From: an uncultured Verrucomicrobiae bacterium
GTDB lineage: Bacteria; Verrucomicrobiota; Verrucomicrobiia; Chthoniobacterales; UBA10450
NCBI GenBank assembly: GCA_963735805.1
Contig: CAVTMK010000002.1
Location: 64,001-128,000, forward strand
Length of the DNA: 64,000 bases
Direction of reading: 5' to 3'
Shown here in pieces: positions 18,603-29,760 of this stretch (position 1 is its first letter; each line of letters starts with the position of its first letter). The translations under genes were made by a program, and so were the position numbers. Under the pieces are notes generated by a model. That model had not been told where the DNA came from, did not search any database, and worked only from the letters and a program-made list of their open reading frames with translations.

Positions 18603-19553
18603 TCACGTCATCCAATCGCACCAGAATAGAATGTCGAAGTCGTCCAGCACCTTAACGAAGAGGATGAGTAACGAAAAGCCGTATCGCGAGGGCCATTGTT
18701 TCGCCGGGCCGCCCAATTCTGCAGCGCAAGCTTTCAATTCCTGTTCAAAAAACTTCGCTACACGGGATCTGACTTGTTCGGTAAGCCGAAGTTTGACCCT
18801 GTTGGTGTCCTTGTTGTCGTCCACCTTCAATCGTCCACTGGGCTTGTTCGGGTCGGCATCCAGAAAAAGAAGGATCGAACGCCGCAGTTCAGCAGGATTT
18901 TTCTCAAGGTCATCAAAGAAATAAATTCGGAAAAGATCTGGACGAACGTAGCGTCTCCAGCGCGCGATGATCTTACTGGGATGTGAACGGAGGAGAACGC
19001 CTGGATTGAGCAAATTTCGGATCACTTCGTCAGCATCGGTGGCGTCAAATGGACTGATCATTCCGAGACGAATGCCCATCGACAATTGTGACCAGGCTCT
19101 CTCCACCGGATCGCGAGCTAGAAAGATCACCTTCAGATCCGGGAAGGAATTGACGACTCGCTGAATGATCTCATCGCTTACTGTCGAATAGGCTGGCGAG
19201 ATATCACCAGAGACAAGCGATCCCTTATGCTCGAACAGCCGCCCGTAATTCTCCAGATCGATGTAAGACAAAGCGCTCAGGTTTTTCATGCCGTCCAGAA
19301 AGGAAGCGTCGCGCTGGTCTCTGCATCTTGGAGGATGGAACCGTCTTGTTCGGTTCAGACTATTCAGATAGTGCAGTTCCTTTACCGGTGGCATCCAGAA
19401 ATCAGGATGTCGCTCAAGCTGCCGATAAAGCCACGACGTTCCGCCCTTCTGCGCTCCCACGCACAGGAAGTCGGGATAGGCATCGCCCAAGTGATTATCT
19501 CCTCCGTTGCGATTGTTACTTACGCGAGGTTTGAACGGCAAGGTCCAATGCAT
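18603..19553 (-). CDS. Sulfotransferase family protein (paralog)
   Basis: PDFLCVGAQKGGTSWLY, KELHYL, RDPVERAWS; N-terminus MHWTLPF aligns with MRWAWPF of the neighbour. Confidence 0.9.
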   Translation of the reverse strand: MHWTLPFKPRVSNNRNGGDNHLGDAYPDFLCVGAQKGGTSWLYRQLERHPDFWMPPVKELHYLNSLNRTRRFHPPRCRDQRDASFLDGMKNLSALSYIDLENYGRLFEHKGSLVSGDISPAYSTVSDEIIQRVVNSFPDLKVIFLARDPVERAWSQLSMGIRLGMISPFDATDADEVIRNLLNPGVLLRSHPSKIIARWRRYVRPDLFRIYFFDDLEKNPAELRRSILLFLDADPNKPSGRLKVDDNKDTNRVKLRLTEQVRSRVAKFFEQELKACAAELGGPAKQWPSRYGFSLLILFVKVLDDFDILFWCDWMT

Positions 19554-19668
19554 GGCCGCATTATTTTGCATCCCGCGGTCAAAAAGCAAGATCAGTCGCG
19601 GCTCGGTAGTTGCGAAGCGTGAATTGACCTGCTTGCACCGGTCGCGATGAATCGGGAAATTGTCACCA

Positions 19669-20328
19669 ATGAACGACACTGCCGGTCATCGCGTTTTTCT
19701 TCTTTCACCAGCGTATGCGGGCGGGGAACGAGCGCGAATGGTTCTGAGTGACCGGGCGGAATTCGAACTCGCGCGAAAATTGCGCGCCAAACGCGGCGCG
19801 CCAATTGGAGAGGTGTTCACCTTTCTCAGCGGCCTCTACTTTCGCGGTAAGATTGCATATGCAACGAAATTCGCCCGGCCTGTACCTGGAATACCTGGTG
19901 TGTTTGTGATCACGCCCACCCGGGGTCTGGTGGACGCCACAACTCGCATTCGTCTCGATGACCTGCGCGAGTTTGCAGCGGTCGATATTCACAGTGACGA
20001 CCCGCGTTTTCGAACACCGATTGAGCGAGACGCGCGTGTCCTCGAAAAAAAACTTCCCCGTCAGAGCGAGATAATTCTTCTGGGCAGCATCGCCACAGGA
20101 AAATATGTGAACGTCTTGCTTGCGACTTTTCGTGAGCGGCTTCGATTTCCGGTTGACTTTGTCGGGCGCGGCGACATGAGCCGCGGCGGATTAATGTTGC
20201 GCTGTGCAGCAGACCGACAGGAACTCCGATACATCGCGGTGGCAGGCGCGATTGTTAATGGAAAACGCCCGCCCAAGCTGGCGCCGCGCAGACATCAGAC
20301 TTCGTTGGGATCCGCCATCCGAACTTGA
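19669..20328 (+). CDS. Hypothetical protein
   Basis: Protein-like 219-aa ORF (FLSGLYFRGK, LLGSIATGKY, GRGDMSRGGL); no family recognised. Confidence 0.75.
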   Translation: MNDTAGHRVFLLSPAYAGGERARMVLSDRAEFELARKLRAKRGAPIGEVFTFLSGLYFRGKIAYATKFARPVPGIPGVFVITPTRGLVDATTRIRLDDLREFAAVDIHSDDPRFRTPIERDARVLEKKLPRQSEIILLGSIATGKYVNVLLATFRERLRFPVDFVGRGDMSRGGLMLRCAADRQELRYIAVAGAIVNGKRPPKLAPRRHQTSLGSAIRT

Positions 20329-20457
20329 ACCAGGCGGTCGATTCAAATGTAACGATTCCCGATGCGGTGTTCCCTGTCGATTTGTTTTGCGTCGCGGGCT
20401 GGTACTGTCTTATCTTAGAGTTCTTGCTGTTTTCCTCAGCAAAAATTCCTGGATGAT

Positions 20458-20910
20458 ATGGACGTTAGCGGCACCATCGGCGCGATTCTGAGACAGAAAC
20501 ACACCGATATTTTCTCAGTTCGCTCCGACGCAACGGTCTTTGAAGCGATTGAAATGATGGAGGAAAAGAATGTCGGCGCGTTGTTGGTAATGGATGGAGA
20601 GAAATTGAGCGGGATCATTTCCGAACGCGATTACACTCGCAAAGTGTTCCTCCGTGGTAAACGTTCCCGCGAAACGAAAGTTTCCGAGATCATGTCGACC
20701 AACGTGACCGTTACGCATCTGCGCGAACCGGTGGAGAAATGTCTGCGTCTGATGACGGACAAACACATTCGCCATCTGCCGGTGGTCGAAGGCGACCAAG
20801 TTGTGGGTGTGATCTCGATCGGGGACCTCGTCAAGCACGTCATTTCCTGCCAGCAGGCCGCAATCGCGCACTTGGAAAACTACATCCAGGGCGGATTCGC
20901 AACTGGGTGA
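20458..20910 (+). CDS. CBS-domain protein
   Basis: VGALLV, GIISERDY, IRHLPVV, GVISIGDLVK. Confidence 0.92.
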   Translation: MDVSGTIGAILRQKHTDIFSVRSDATVFEAIEMMEEKNVGALLVMDGEKLSGIISERDYTRKVFLRGKRSRETKVSEIMSTNVTVTHLREPVEKCLRLMTDKHIRHLPVVEGDQVVGVISIGDLVKHVISCQQAAIAHLENYIQGGFATG

Positions 20911-20968
20911 GCGCAGCTGCCTCGCTGTGTCGAGGCGTGGGTTTCGCCTCTGCCGCACGGTCCCGTGA

Positions 20969-22273
20969 CTACGCCTCCCAGACAGTTTTCCCGCCGACAA
21001 TCGTTCGCACCGCGCGACCTTTCAGTTTCCAGTCATCAAACGGCGAATTTCGGGAAGCCGATTGAAATTGATCCAGTCTAACAGTCCACTTTAAACCCGG
21101 ATCGATTAGCGTGATATCGGCGCGCGTCCCAGGCGACAACGTGCCCGCATCCAGCTTCAACAAACGCGCTGGCTCGACGGTGTACATTTCGATCAAACGC
21201 ACAATATCGATCTTACCGTGTTTATGCACGAGTAGATCGATGAAAAGGCCGAGCTCCGTCTCCAATCCAATGACACCGAATGGCGCGATGTCGAACTCGA
21301 CTTCCTTTTCGAAATCCGCGTGCGGCGCATGATCAGAACATAGGATCGACAATGTCCCATCGGCAATGCCCTCCAGCAGCGCATCCACATCTGTTTGCGA
21401 ACGCAGCGGAGGGTTCATTTTATGGTTTGTGTCGAAATTTTGGATCGCTTCGTCGGTTAACGCGATGTGATGCGGGCAAACCTCGCCGCTTATTTTTACG
21501 CCGCGCGCGCGCGCTTCGCGAAGCAATCGCACGCTTCCAGCTGTTGTGAGGTGTTGGCAATGAATCGGGTGTCCACAAAGCTCCGCGAGCAAAATGTTGC
21601 GCATCACCATCGCTTCTTCGCCCGCAGCGGGCCAGCCCGGTAAACCAAGCAGCGTGCTCCAGTAACCTTCGTGCACAACTCCGTTACCGACCAGGTTGTA
21701 ATCCTGACAATGGTCGAGAACCGGCACACCTACCATACGTGCATACTCCACCGCGCGCCGCATCACTTCATGGTTTTGAACGCAATGACCGTCATCGGTG
21801 ATTGCCACCACGCCCGCCGTTGCAAGGGATCCAATTGGCGCCAGCTCTTCGCCTGCGAGATTCTTTGAAATTGCACCAGTGGGCACAACGCTTACACAAG
21901 CCACTTCTGTCGCGCGATCTTTGATCCACGCAATTGTGCTTGGATTGTCCGCGGCCGGCGAAGTATTCGGCATGCAAACGATGGTGGTAAATCCTCCGGC
22001 CGCTGCCGCGCGGGCGCCCGATTCAATTGTTTCCTTGTAACTGAAACCAGGCTCGCGCAGATGCACGTGCATGTCGATCAAGCCGGGTGCAACGATCAAA
22101 CCTTTCGCGTCAATTTCCTCTACTTCGGATTTTCCGCCGCGGTGGATGAACTCCCTGCGGATTGCAGATTGAGCCGCAGCGATTTTTCCATCAACGATCA
22201 CAAGATCAGAAATTTCGTCCCTCTTGTTTGCGGGATCGACCACGCGGCCGTTTCGGATAATTGTCGTACTCAC
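20969..22273 (-). CDS. pyrC: Dihydroorotase
   Basis: [30 protein letters not shown] start overlapping pyrB stop. Confidence 0.95.
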   Translation of the reverse strand: MSTTIIRNGRVVDPANKRDEISDLVIVDGKIAAAQSAIRREFIHRGGKSEVEEIDAKGLIVAPGLIDMHVHLREPGFSYKETIESGARAAAAGGFTTIVCMPNTSPAADNPSTIAWIKDRATEVACVSVVPTGAISKNLAGEELAPIGSLATAGVVAITDDGHCVQNHEVMRRAVEYARMVGVPVLDHCQDYNLVGNGVVHEGYWSTLLGLPGWPAAGEEAMVMRNILLAELCGHPIHCQHLTTAGSVRLLREARARGVKISGEVCPHHIALTDEAIQNFDTNHKMNPPLRSQTDVDALLEGIADGTLSILCSDHAPHADFEKEVEFDIAPFGVIGLETELGLFIDLLVHKHGKIDIVRLIEMYTVEPARLLKLDAGTLSPGTRADITLIDPGLKWTVRLDQFQSASRNSPFDDWKLKGRAVRTIVGGKTVWEA

Positions 22274-23199
22274 GGCGAAATTCCTCCGCAGAGGTAGAGA
22301 ACGGCCATGCGCACTGCCAGACCGTTGGTCACCTGATCGAGAATGACGCTGTGCAATCCGTCGGCGACCTCGCTGTCGATTTCGACGCCACGATTGATGG
22401 GACCCGGATGCATGATCAGACAATCCGGCTTCAAGAGTTTTGCGCGTTCTTTAGTCAGACCGAACAAGCGAATGTATTCGCCGATGCCGGGAAAATATTC
22501 TCTGCGCTGCCGTTCGTGCTGGATGCGCAACAGATTCACCACGTCAGCTTTTGGGAGCACATCCTCGATCTTGTGCGAAATCTCGACGCCAAGTTTCTCA
22601 AACTCGCGCGGAACCAATGTGCTCGGACCGATCAGTGTCACGTGCGCCCCTAGCTTCAGCAGACCGAAAATATTCGAGCGTGCCACGCGACTGAATAAAA
22701 TGTCCCCGATGATGGCCACGCGCAGGCCTGCGATTTTTTGTCTGCGCTCGCGGATCGTGTAAAGATCGAGAAGCGCCTGTGTTGGGTGCTCGTGTGCGCC
22801 ATCGCCTGCGTTGATCACGCTCGCTTGAAGCCGGTTTGCCAGAAACTGCGGTGCACCAGCAGAACTATGTCGAAGCACCAGAATGTCTGTGTGGAGCGCT
22901 TCCAGATTACATGCAGTGTCCTTGAGGGTTTCGCCTTTGGTCAGGCTGGAGGTCGTTGCCGAGATATTGATCACGTCCGCGCTCAATCGAAGCGCAGCCA
23001 GCTCAAACGATGTACGCGTTCGCGTACTTGGTTCGACGAAGAAATTTACCAGCGTCTTCCCCCGCAGAGCGGGTACCTTTTTGATCTCGCGGGTACCGAC
23101 CTGTTTGAATGCGTCGGTGGTTTCGAGAATAAAATTGATTTCGTCGGCCGAGAGTTCGCGCAGACCGAGCAAATCTTTTCGTGTCCAGCGCGTCGTCAT
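22270..23199 (-). CDS. pyrB: Aspartate carbamoyltransferase catalytic subunit
   Basis: [37 protein letters not shown]. Confidence 0.96.
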   Translation of the reverse strand: MTTRWTRKDLLGLRELSADEINFILETTDAFKQVGTREIKKVPALRGKTLVNFFVEPSTRTRTSFELAALRLSADVINISATTSSLTKGETLKDTACNLEALHTDILVLRHSSAGAPQFLANRLQASVINAGDGAHEHPTQALLDLYTIRERRQKIAGLRVAIIGDILFSRVARSNIFGLLKLGAHVTLIGPSTLVPREFEKLGVEISHKIEDVLPKADVVNLLRIQHERQRREYFPGIGEYIRLFGLTKERAKLLKPDCLIMHPGPINRGVEIDSEVADGLHSVILDQVTNGLAVRMAVLYLCGGISP

Positions 23200-23236
23200 T
23201 GGGTTTGGGTGCTTCCCGGAATCATTGTTTTCGCGC

Positions 23237-23800
23237 TCATGATTTTTCGAGGCCCACTTCGTCGGCCACGCCGTCGGTTTGCTCGAGCCGTACCCGTACT
23301 TTTTCATTGCCCGAAGTCGGCAGGTTCTTGCCAACGTAATCCGGGCGAATGGGCAGCTCGCGATGGCCGCGGTCAATTAGTACCGCGAGTTGAATTCGGG
23401 CGGGCCGTCCGAATGAATTGATGGCGTCCATCGCAGCGCGAACAGTGCGTCCGGTATAAAGAACGTCATCGACTACGACGACCGTGCGTTCCTCCAGCGG
23501 CAGTGGAAGTTTTGATTCGCGCACAATCGGCAATTCAGAGCGCGTTCCCACGTCATCGCGATGCATCGCCACGTCGATTACTCCGGTTTCAACACTGATC
23601 TTTTCGATCTCGTGAATGAAAGCCGCGATGCGTTGGGCGATCTCCACGCCACGCGACGGAATTCCCGCCAGCACAACGTGTGTCAATTGCGGGTTTCGCT
23701 CAATAATTTCGTGAGCGATTCGTCGAAACGCCCTGCGAATTGCCTCCGCGTCCATGATCGGGACGGCGGCATCAGATGTTTTTTGTTTTGTTTGGCTCAT
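23237..23800 (-). CDS. pyrR: Bifunctional pyrimidine regulator / uracil phosphoribosyltransferase
   Basis: [41 protein letters not shown]. Confidence 0.95.
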   Translation of the reverse strand: MSQTKQKTSDAAVPIMDAEAIRRAFRRIAHEIIERNPQLTHVVLAGIPSRGVEIAQRIAAFIHEIEKISVETGVIDVAMHRDDVGTRSELPIVRESKLPLPLEERTVVVVDDVLYTGRTVRAAMDAINSFGRPARIQLAVLIDRGHRELPIRPDYVGKNLPTSGNEKVRVRLEQTDGVADEVGLEKS

Positions 23801-23847
23801 GCTTTTCCTTGGCGATCTCGCTGGATCGCATTAAAGGAACAAAAAAA

Positions 23848-24093
23848 TTAGGAGGCGGACTTTTCGGTGCGCGCCTCCTTTCTTCGTCGCTCTCGCCAGT
23901 TGGAGCGATGTTTGACGATCCAGTCCAGCAAGGCCTTTTCAAAGCCGATATCTTTTCCGGCTTTTTCGCTCTCAATCCACTTATGCTTCAGGATCTCAGC
24001 ACGTTCCGCGAGAAACTCCTTGTACAGGACCGAATTCCTAACAAATTGGGATTGAGCCTCCTCTGAAGATGGCATCTCTGGATTCTCTTTCAT
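23848..24093 (-). CDS. Small conserved protein (DUF4032-like)
   Basis: EILKHKWIESEKAGKDIG...ALLDW. Confidence 0.75.
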   Translation of the reverse strand: MKENPEMPSSEEAQSQFVRNSVLYKEFLAERAEILKHKWIESEKAGKDIGFEKALLDWIVKHRSNWRERRRKEARTEKSAS

Positions 24094-24193
24094 AAAATCT
24101 GGCACGAGTCAACAAAATCGAGCCAATTGGATTCGACGAAGGAAGCGCATTGTTTATTTAACTCTCATTCACGCCAGGGAGTTGCGGCTCTCA

Positions 24194-25234
24194 TTATGGC
24201 AGCGTCTTACGGAGCTTTTCGGCGATTTTCTTGAACTCTGCCGTGACCGGGGATTCTCGATCTTCTCCCACGATTGGGATCCCGCGATCGCCCGACTCGC
24301 GCGTGGCGATGTCGATGGGAATTTGACCGAGCAACGGGACGCGGAGTCGCTTCGCTTCGCGTTCGCCGCCGCCACTCCCAAAGATATGGTAGCGTTTACT
24401 GTCTGAGGGAGAGATGAAATAACTCATATTCTCGATCAGCCCGAGCACCGGCACGTTGACCTTGTCGAACATGGTGGCTGCTTTGCGGGCATCGATGAGG
24501 GCAACTTCCTGAGGTGTGGTGACAATAATTGCGCCGGACAGCGCGACTGTCTGTACGATGGTGAGCTGGATGTCGCCGGTTCCCGGAGGCAAATCGAGCA
24601 CCAGATAATCCAGTTCGCCCCATTCGACCTGTCGGAGAAATTGTTGGGTGTAGCGCGTCACCATTGGTCCGCGCAAGATCGCCGGCGAAGCATCGTCGAG
24701 CAGAAATCCCATCGACATCAGTCGCAAACCGTATTGCTCGATTGGGACAATCTTGTTTTCTTCAGTGGCCATTGGACGCTCGCGCGTACCGAACATCAAC
24801 GAAATGCTTGGTCCGTAGATGTCGCAATCGCATAGGCCTACACGCGCGCCGGTTTGCTCCATCGCGACCGCCAGGTTTGCCGCGACAGTCGATTTGCCGA
24901 CGCCGCCTTTACCGCTTGCCACTGCAATCACATGCTTGATTCCAGGGATTCGCGCTGCGTCCATGCCGGTGCCAGCGCCTGCTGGTGGCGCATGAATATC
25001 GATCAAGACCTTTGCGCGTTGAACGCCGGCGATCGTTCGCAGCGCTTTTTCGGCGTCGTCCTTAATCGCCGACGGAATATTCGGATCGTTCGTCGCCAAC
25101 GCGACCTGTACTTTGACCTCGCCATTCTCGATCTGGACCGATTTCACAAGGCCGAATGAAACAATATCGCGAGTAAACCCCGGATATTTCACCGACTTCA
25201 AAGCGTTCTTCACCTGCTCCTCAGAAATCGTCAT
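24194..25234 (-). CDS. Mrp/NBP35 (ApbC) Fe-S cluster carrier ATPase
   Basis: SGKGGVGKST, DIYGPS, RGPM, DLPPGTGD, ENMS; N-terminal DUF59-like domain. Confidence 0.93.
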   Translation of the reverse strand: MTISEEQVKNALKSVKYPGFTRDIVSFGLVKSVQIENGEVKVQVALATNDPNIPSAIKDDAEKALRTIAGVQRAKVLIDIHAPPAGAGTGMDAARIPGIKHVIAVASGKGGVGKSTVAANLAVAMEQTGARVGLCDCDIYGPSISLMFGTRERPMATEENKIVPIEQYGLRLMSMGFLLDDASPAILRGPMVTRYTQQFLRQVEWGELDYLVLDLPPGTGDIQLTIVQTVALSGAIIVTTPQEVALIDARKAATMFDKVNVPVLGLIENMSYFISPSDSKRYHIFGSGGGEREAKRLRVPLLGQIPIDIATRESGDRGIPIVGEDRESPVTAEFKKIAEKLRKTLP

Positions 25235-25323
25235 ATCAGAAACCTACGCGCGCCCGCGCTATAGGTAAACCGCGCTTACCAACGCGTTGAGGATAAAGCG
25301 TTCCACCCGCATGGCGCTCAACT

Positions 25324-26073
25324 TTATCGTTCCTGATAATCCACTTTGTAGCGAATCTGATACTCGCGTCCACCAGTGGGACGGGAAGGTTGCGCGCCTT
25401 CCTTCGCCACAAAATCCGGGCCCTGCCAGTCGGACCAGGCGCGGTATTTCTCCCGCATCGGGTTAGCCGGCAGTTTGAGACGGAAAATCCGATCTTCCTG
25501 GCCAGGAAATTTGAGGACGAAAAGACGCTGCGAAGTTCGGAAATAAAGTTCGACGTAACCGGCGCGCGCGGCTGGATCTTGAGGCGCGTCCGTATGCCAA
25601 TATCCCGGCATTGGCATCCGGTTGCGAGGTGTATCAAGTTCCGGTTGAACATCCCTGAGACTTTCGACGGACTGCCCAGCCGGCGTTTTTACTTCAAATT
25701 CCATGAGGGGCGTCGGCCCATTGATGTTTAGGACATGCGGTTGACCGGCATACCAAATTCCGAAACCGGACACCGCAATCATACCGAGCGATAAACAAAC
25801 CGTCATCAATCCGGCAAAAAGCCAAAGCCCGCGTATGCCGCGCCAGTAAAGCGTGAGCAGGATCAGACCCGGCGCGACGATGCACGTCACGATGATTGCG
25901 ACCGCAGCGGCAAAATAAGCCGCCTCACCTTCAAAGCTCGAGACATGAAACGCAGCAGCGAGAGCCGCGCCCAAAGCAAAGCCGAGAAATAATCCGGCCG
26001 CGATGCCGATAATCCCGGCAAGAATCCCGAAAAGAATGGCGCTGACGGAGAGTTTCTTCGTCGCGGGCTGCAC
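25324..26073 (-). CDS. Hypothetical membrane protein
   Basis: Three N-terminal TM helices plus soluble C-terminal domain. Confidence 0.7.
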   Translation of the reverse strand: MQPATKKLSVSAILFGILAGIIGIAAGLFLGFALGAALAAAFHVSSFEGEAAYFAAAVAIIVTCIVAPGLILLTLYWRGIRGLWLFAGLMTVCLSLGMIAVSGFGIWYAGQPHVLNINGPTPLMEFEVKTPAGQSVESLRDVQPELDTPRNRMPMPGYWHTDAPQDPAARAGYVELYFRTSQRLFVLKFPGQEDRIFRLKLPANPMREKYRAWSDWQGPDFVAKEGAQPSRPTGGREYQIRYKVDYQER

Positions 26074-26081
26074 GGGAATGA

Positions 26082-26534
26082 TCAGGGCGAATGTGCCGAG
26101 ACACGGCTCCGAAGAAGATCGATTCGCTCATGCGTCTTTTGGATTTCAACAACGAGACCAGAATAATTCCATTCACCGAGCGATTTAATTGCTGCCACAT
26201 AAATCGTTGCTTTTCCTTTCGGGCCGGAGATGGGGATGGAGAGGTTCGCTTCACCGGATGCGCCGTTAACGTTTGTGTTTCCAGAAACGAGAAACCCTTC
26301 TTTAATCGGTGATCCGAGGGCCTCGATTACAGAAGGGTGCGCTTCCACCCGGGCTAAGGCGTCTTTATAAACATCTGTCGATTTCATCGCACTGAACACG
26401 ACCAACGCGATTGAGCCAACAAAAGCGAAGAGTAACACGATCGTGCCTAAACAACCGACCGGAACGAACCATTTCCAATTTCGGGTCCACCAATTGAGTC
26501 TTAATGCTGAAGGAGCTGGCGATGTCTGTTCCAC
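26082..26534 (-). CDS. Coa1-like membrane-anchored protein
   Basis: WW.RNWKWFVP.GC, EALGSPI, A.LSIPISGPKG. Confidence 0.75.
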   Translation of the reverse strand: MEQTSPAPSALRLNWWTRNWKWFVPVGCLGTIVLLFAFVGSIALVVFSAMKSTDVYKDALARVEAHPSVIEALGSPIKEGFLVSGNTNVNGASGEANLSIPISGPKGKATIYVAAIKSLGEWNYSGLVVEIQKTHERIDLLRSRVSAHSP

Positions 26535-26696
26535 GGAGCTGTTTTACTTTAATCGCCAAACCTTTTGCAACCGATCTCTTTGCTGCGCTGCGATCTACGC
26601 TTGACGGACTCAGTCGCTGCAGGCCTGGCGTCACAAGTAGTCTCGGCAGTCGCAAGAGACAGGTAGGTAGCTGAATCAATATTTTCAGGGCCGCAC

Positions 26697-26930
26697 CTAG
26701 ACGCGGTCCTTTAGCTGCGTTTTGCCGGCAGTACGCGCACAATGAACGCAGCAGAAGATTTTCCCGTCTGCTTCTACGCCATGCCCCACAATCCGGCAGT
26801 TGCAGTGCGGGCAGACTGGCGCTAACGCGTGGATTGCACACTCGAAGCTATCGAATGTGTGGTGCTTCCCGGCTACTACCACTTCAAACGCCTTGTCATA
26901 TTCATTCTCGCAAACTTCGCATACAGGCAT
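26697..26930 (-). CDS. Small Cys/His-rich metal-binding protein (metallothionein-like)
   Basis: CEVC..FDSFEC..CPHCNC..FCCVHC. Confidence 0.8.
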   Translation of the reverse strand: MPVCEVCENEYDKAFEVVVAGKHHTFDSFECAIHALAPVCPHCNCRIVGHGVEADGKIFCCVHCARTAGKTQLKDRV

Positions 26931-27027
26931 ACATAATTCTTTCGCGCCTCGACAGCTTTGCGGCGGTGTCCATCCGGTTTTCGAGTGAGTAGAGATCACA
27001 CGGGAAAGTGTTACTTTTCGGTCGGAG

Positions 27028-27519
27028 GTGGCTATGGAAGCGCCAAGGCGGCTGATCGAGTGTTTAGATGAAAATAAGGTTCGCTACGAGGTTCTGCAGC
27101 ATCCCGAGGCAGTATCCGCCCAACGAATCGCCCAGGCCGAGCATGTAAAGGGCCGGCATCACGCTAAAGTGGTCATAGTCAGATCAGGTGACGCTCACCT
27201 GATGATAGTGCTGCCGGCGGATCACCATATTGATCTGAAGAAGGTCGAGAAAGCGGTCGGCAAAGCCGTGTCGCTGGATAAGGAACACGAATTCAAGTCA
27301 CTCTTTCCCGACTGTGTGATTGGAGCGATGCCGCCCTTCGGGAATCTCTATGGTTTGCCAACGTACGTGGACCAAAGTCTGGCCGGGCAAGACTACATTG
27401 TGTTTGAAGCGGGCACGCACACGGCCGCGATCAAAATGAATTATCGCGATTACGAGAAAATTGTGAAGCCAAAGGTGAACGACCTGGCCATCAAGCTCCA
27501 GCCGATGAAAGGAGCATAG
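27028..27519 (+). CDS. YbaK/EbsC family aminoacyl-tRNA deacylase
   Basis: AKVVIV, FPDC..GAMPPFG, FEAGTH; GGAGGT RBS. Confidence 0.9.
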   Translation: MAMEAPRRLIECLDENKVRYEVLQHPEAVSAQRIAQAEHVKGRHHAKVVIVRSGDAHLMIVLPADHHIDLKKVEKAVGKAVSLDKEHEFKSLFPDCVIGAMPPFGNLYGLPTYVDQSLAGQDYIVFEAGTHTAAIKMNYRDYEKIVKPKVNDLAIKLQPMKGA

Positions 27520-27557
27520 CTTTGCGCATACCAGCGCAGCGCTTAGGGAAAGGTCGC

Positions 27558-28853
27558 ATGACGAATGTGTTTGTGGGGCTTGCTTCCTGGCTCGCCTGTG
27601 CAATTGCTCCGACAGCTTTCGCAGCCGAGAAAGTTTCGTTTATCAATATTGACGGAGCGATCGGGCCAGCAACGGCAAGTTACATTTCACGAAGCATTGA
27701 CGAGGCCAAGTCGCAGAATGCCGAATGTCTGGTCATTCAACTGAATACGCCCGGCGGTTTACTCGATTCGACGCAAAAGATAGTGCAAAGCTTTCTTGGC
27801 TCTCCGGTGCCAGTCGTCGTTTACGTCGCTCCGACCGGCGCGACAGCGACCAGCGCGGGTTGTTTCATCACCATCGCGGCCAGCATCGCGGCGATGGCCC
27901 CGGCCACGACTATTGGCGCTGCGCATCCGGTCTCGATAGGTGGTTTTCCCAGTGGCGGAGAGGAAAAGACCGACGAAACGATGAAACAGAAGCTGGAGAA
28001 TTTTTCCGTGAGCTATATCGAAACGATCGCCGGCAAGCGCCAGCGTAACGTCGAATGGGCCAAGTCTGCCGTAAAGGAAAGCGCATCGATCACAGCTGAA
28101 AAAGCGCTCCAATTGAAGGTCATCGATCTAATCGCTACGGATATGTCAGATCTGTTACAAAAATTGAACGGGCGCGTCGCGGATGGAAAGACGCTCAAGA
28201 CAGCGGGCGCGGAGGTTTCAGAGATCAAGATGTCGGCCTCGGAACACGTCTTTCAAAAACTATGGCGACCAGAAGTGATGTTCGTTCTCATGCTCGTCGC
28301 GATCTATGGAATCATCGGAGAACTGACCACACCCGGCGCGATTCTTCCCGGAGTCGTTGGGGCGATTGCTTTAATCCTGGCCCTTTATCTGGCGGCGATC
28401 TTGCCGGTCAACGTCACGGGTCTGGTCTTGATCGCGCTCGCATTGATGCTCTTTATCTTCGACGTTTACGCGCCTACGCACGGCATACTGACGGTCGGCG
28501 GGATCATTGCTTTTCTGATCGGTTCGCTCATGCTTTTTAACCGCGCCGACCCGCTCTTTCGGCTGTCGCTCAGCTACATTATTCCGGCGACATTGGTCAC
28601 TGCGGCGTTCTTTATTTTCGTCATCGGAAAAGGTCTGCGAGCGCAACGGCTGCCTGTAAAGGTGGGAAAAGAAACGCTGATTGGAAAAACAGTGACGACG
28701 TTGACCCCAATCGACGCGCGCACCGGCCGTATTTTCGTTGAAGGCGAATACTGGAACGCCGTCAGCGATACGCCTATTGAAAAAGACGAACAGGCTGAGA
28801 TTACGGCGGTCCAAGGATTGACTGTAAAACTGCAACCCAAAAGGAAAATATAG
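27558..28853 (+). CDS. NfeD family membrane-bound serine protease
   Basis: LNTPGG, ATSAG, IGAAHPV, C-terminal OB fold (VEGEYWNA). Confidence 0.92.
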   Translation: MTNVFVGLASWLACAIAPTAFAAEKVSFINIDGAIGPATASYISRSIDEAKSQNAECLVIQLNTPGGLLDSTQKIVQSFLGSPVPVVVYVAPTGATATSAGCFITIAASIAAMAPATTIGAAHPVSIGGFPSGGEEKTDETMKQKLENFSVSYIETIAGKRQRNVEWAKSAVKESASITAEKALQLKVIDLIATDMSDLLQKLNGRVADGKTLKTAGAEVSEIKMSASEHVFQKLWRPEVMFVLMLVAIYGIIGELTTPGAILPGVVGAIALILALYLAAILPVNVTGLVLIALALMLFIFDVYAPTHGILTVGGIIAFLIGSLMLFNRADPLFRLSLSYIIPATLVTAAFFIFVIGKGLRAQRLPVKVGKETLIGKTVTTLTPIDARTGRIFVEGEYWNAVSDTPIEKDEQAEITAVQGLTVKLQPKRKI

Positions 28854-28855
28854 CC

Positions 28856-29641
28856 ATGCAATTAATTGAAGCATTGCCGCGATTGGTCGGTTGGGCCATC
28901 CCGATCGTTATTCTTCTCATCATCATTCTGCCGCAAGCCGTTCGCGTCCTGCGTGAATATGAGCGCGGCGTCATCTTTCGCTTGGGAAAACTAGTCGGCG
29001 CCAAAGGACCAGGATTGATTTTTCTCATCCCAATCGTCGATCGCATGGTGCGAATGGATTTACGCGTGGTTACCATTAGTGTCGAGAAGCAGGAGGTGAT
29101 GACACGTGACAACGTGCCGGTGACTGTCGATGCGGTTGTGTATTTCCGGGTGGTCGATCCGCAGGCCTCTGTCGTGAAAGTAGAGAACTTTCTCAAAGCC
29201 ACTTCGCTGATGTCGCAGACGACGCTGCGCAGCGTGCTCGGTCAGGCTCCCTTGGATGACCTGCTTTCGCAGCGCGAGTCGATCAATCAGAAATTGCAGG
29301 AGATCATCGACCGGCAAACCGAACCCTGGGGAGTCAAAGTCACAGCGGTCGAGGTGAAGGACGTCGCCTTGCCCGACACCATGAAGCGTGCGATGGCCAA
29401 GCAAGCCGAGGCCGAGCGCGAGCGTCGTGCCAAAATCGTTAATGCCGAGGGTGAATTTCAAGCTGCGGAAAAAATGGTACAGGCCGCCGCGATGATGAGT
29501 AAGGAGCCGATTGCGCTGCAACTGCGCTTCCTGCAAACGATGCGCGAAATTTCCAGCGAACATAATACCACCACCTTTTTCCCTCTTCCGATCGATCTCT
29601 TGACGTCATTGATCAAGAAGAACGAACCGCCCAATTCTTAG
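28856..29641 (+). CDS. Slipin/SPFH (stomatin-like) protein
   Basis: [35 protein letters not shown]. Confidence 0.94.
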   Translation: MQLIEALPRLVGWAIPIVILLIIILPQAVRVLREYERGVIFRLGKLVGAKGPGLIFLIPIVDRMVRMDLRVVTISVEKQEVMTRDNVPVTVDAVVYFRVVDPQASVVKVENFLKATSLMSQTTLRSVLGQAPLDDLLSQRESINQKLQEIIDRQTEPWGVKVTAVEVKDVALPDTMKRAMAKQAEAERERRAKIVNAEGEFQAAEKMVQAAAMMSKEPIALQLRFLQTMREISSEHNTTTFFPLPIDLLTSLIKKNEPPNS

Positions 29642-29760
29642 GAAAAAGAAAACGTCCAACGCTCAAATCGAGAGGTTCTCCGCGCAATCGAATTCCAGTG
29701 GCAGGGCGCGACTGCTAGCACGCCGCAAGCGTTCATGGGGCGAAAAGATATAGTGAGAGC

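Noticed and set aside
22274..22423. N-terminal extension of pyrC (and similarly of pyrB to 23376)
   Set aside because: Overlaps upstream pyr genes; homology begins at VSTTIIRNG and MTTRW respectively
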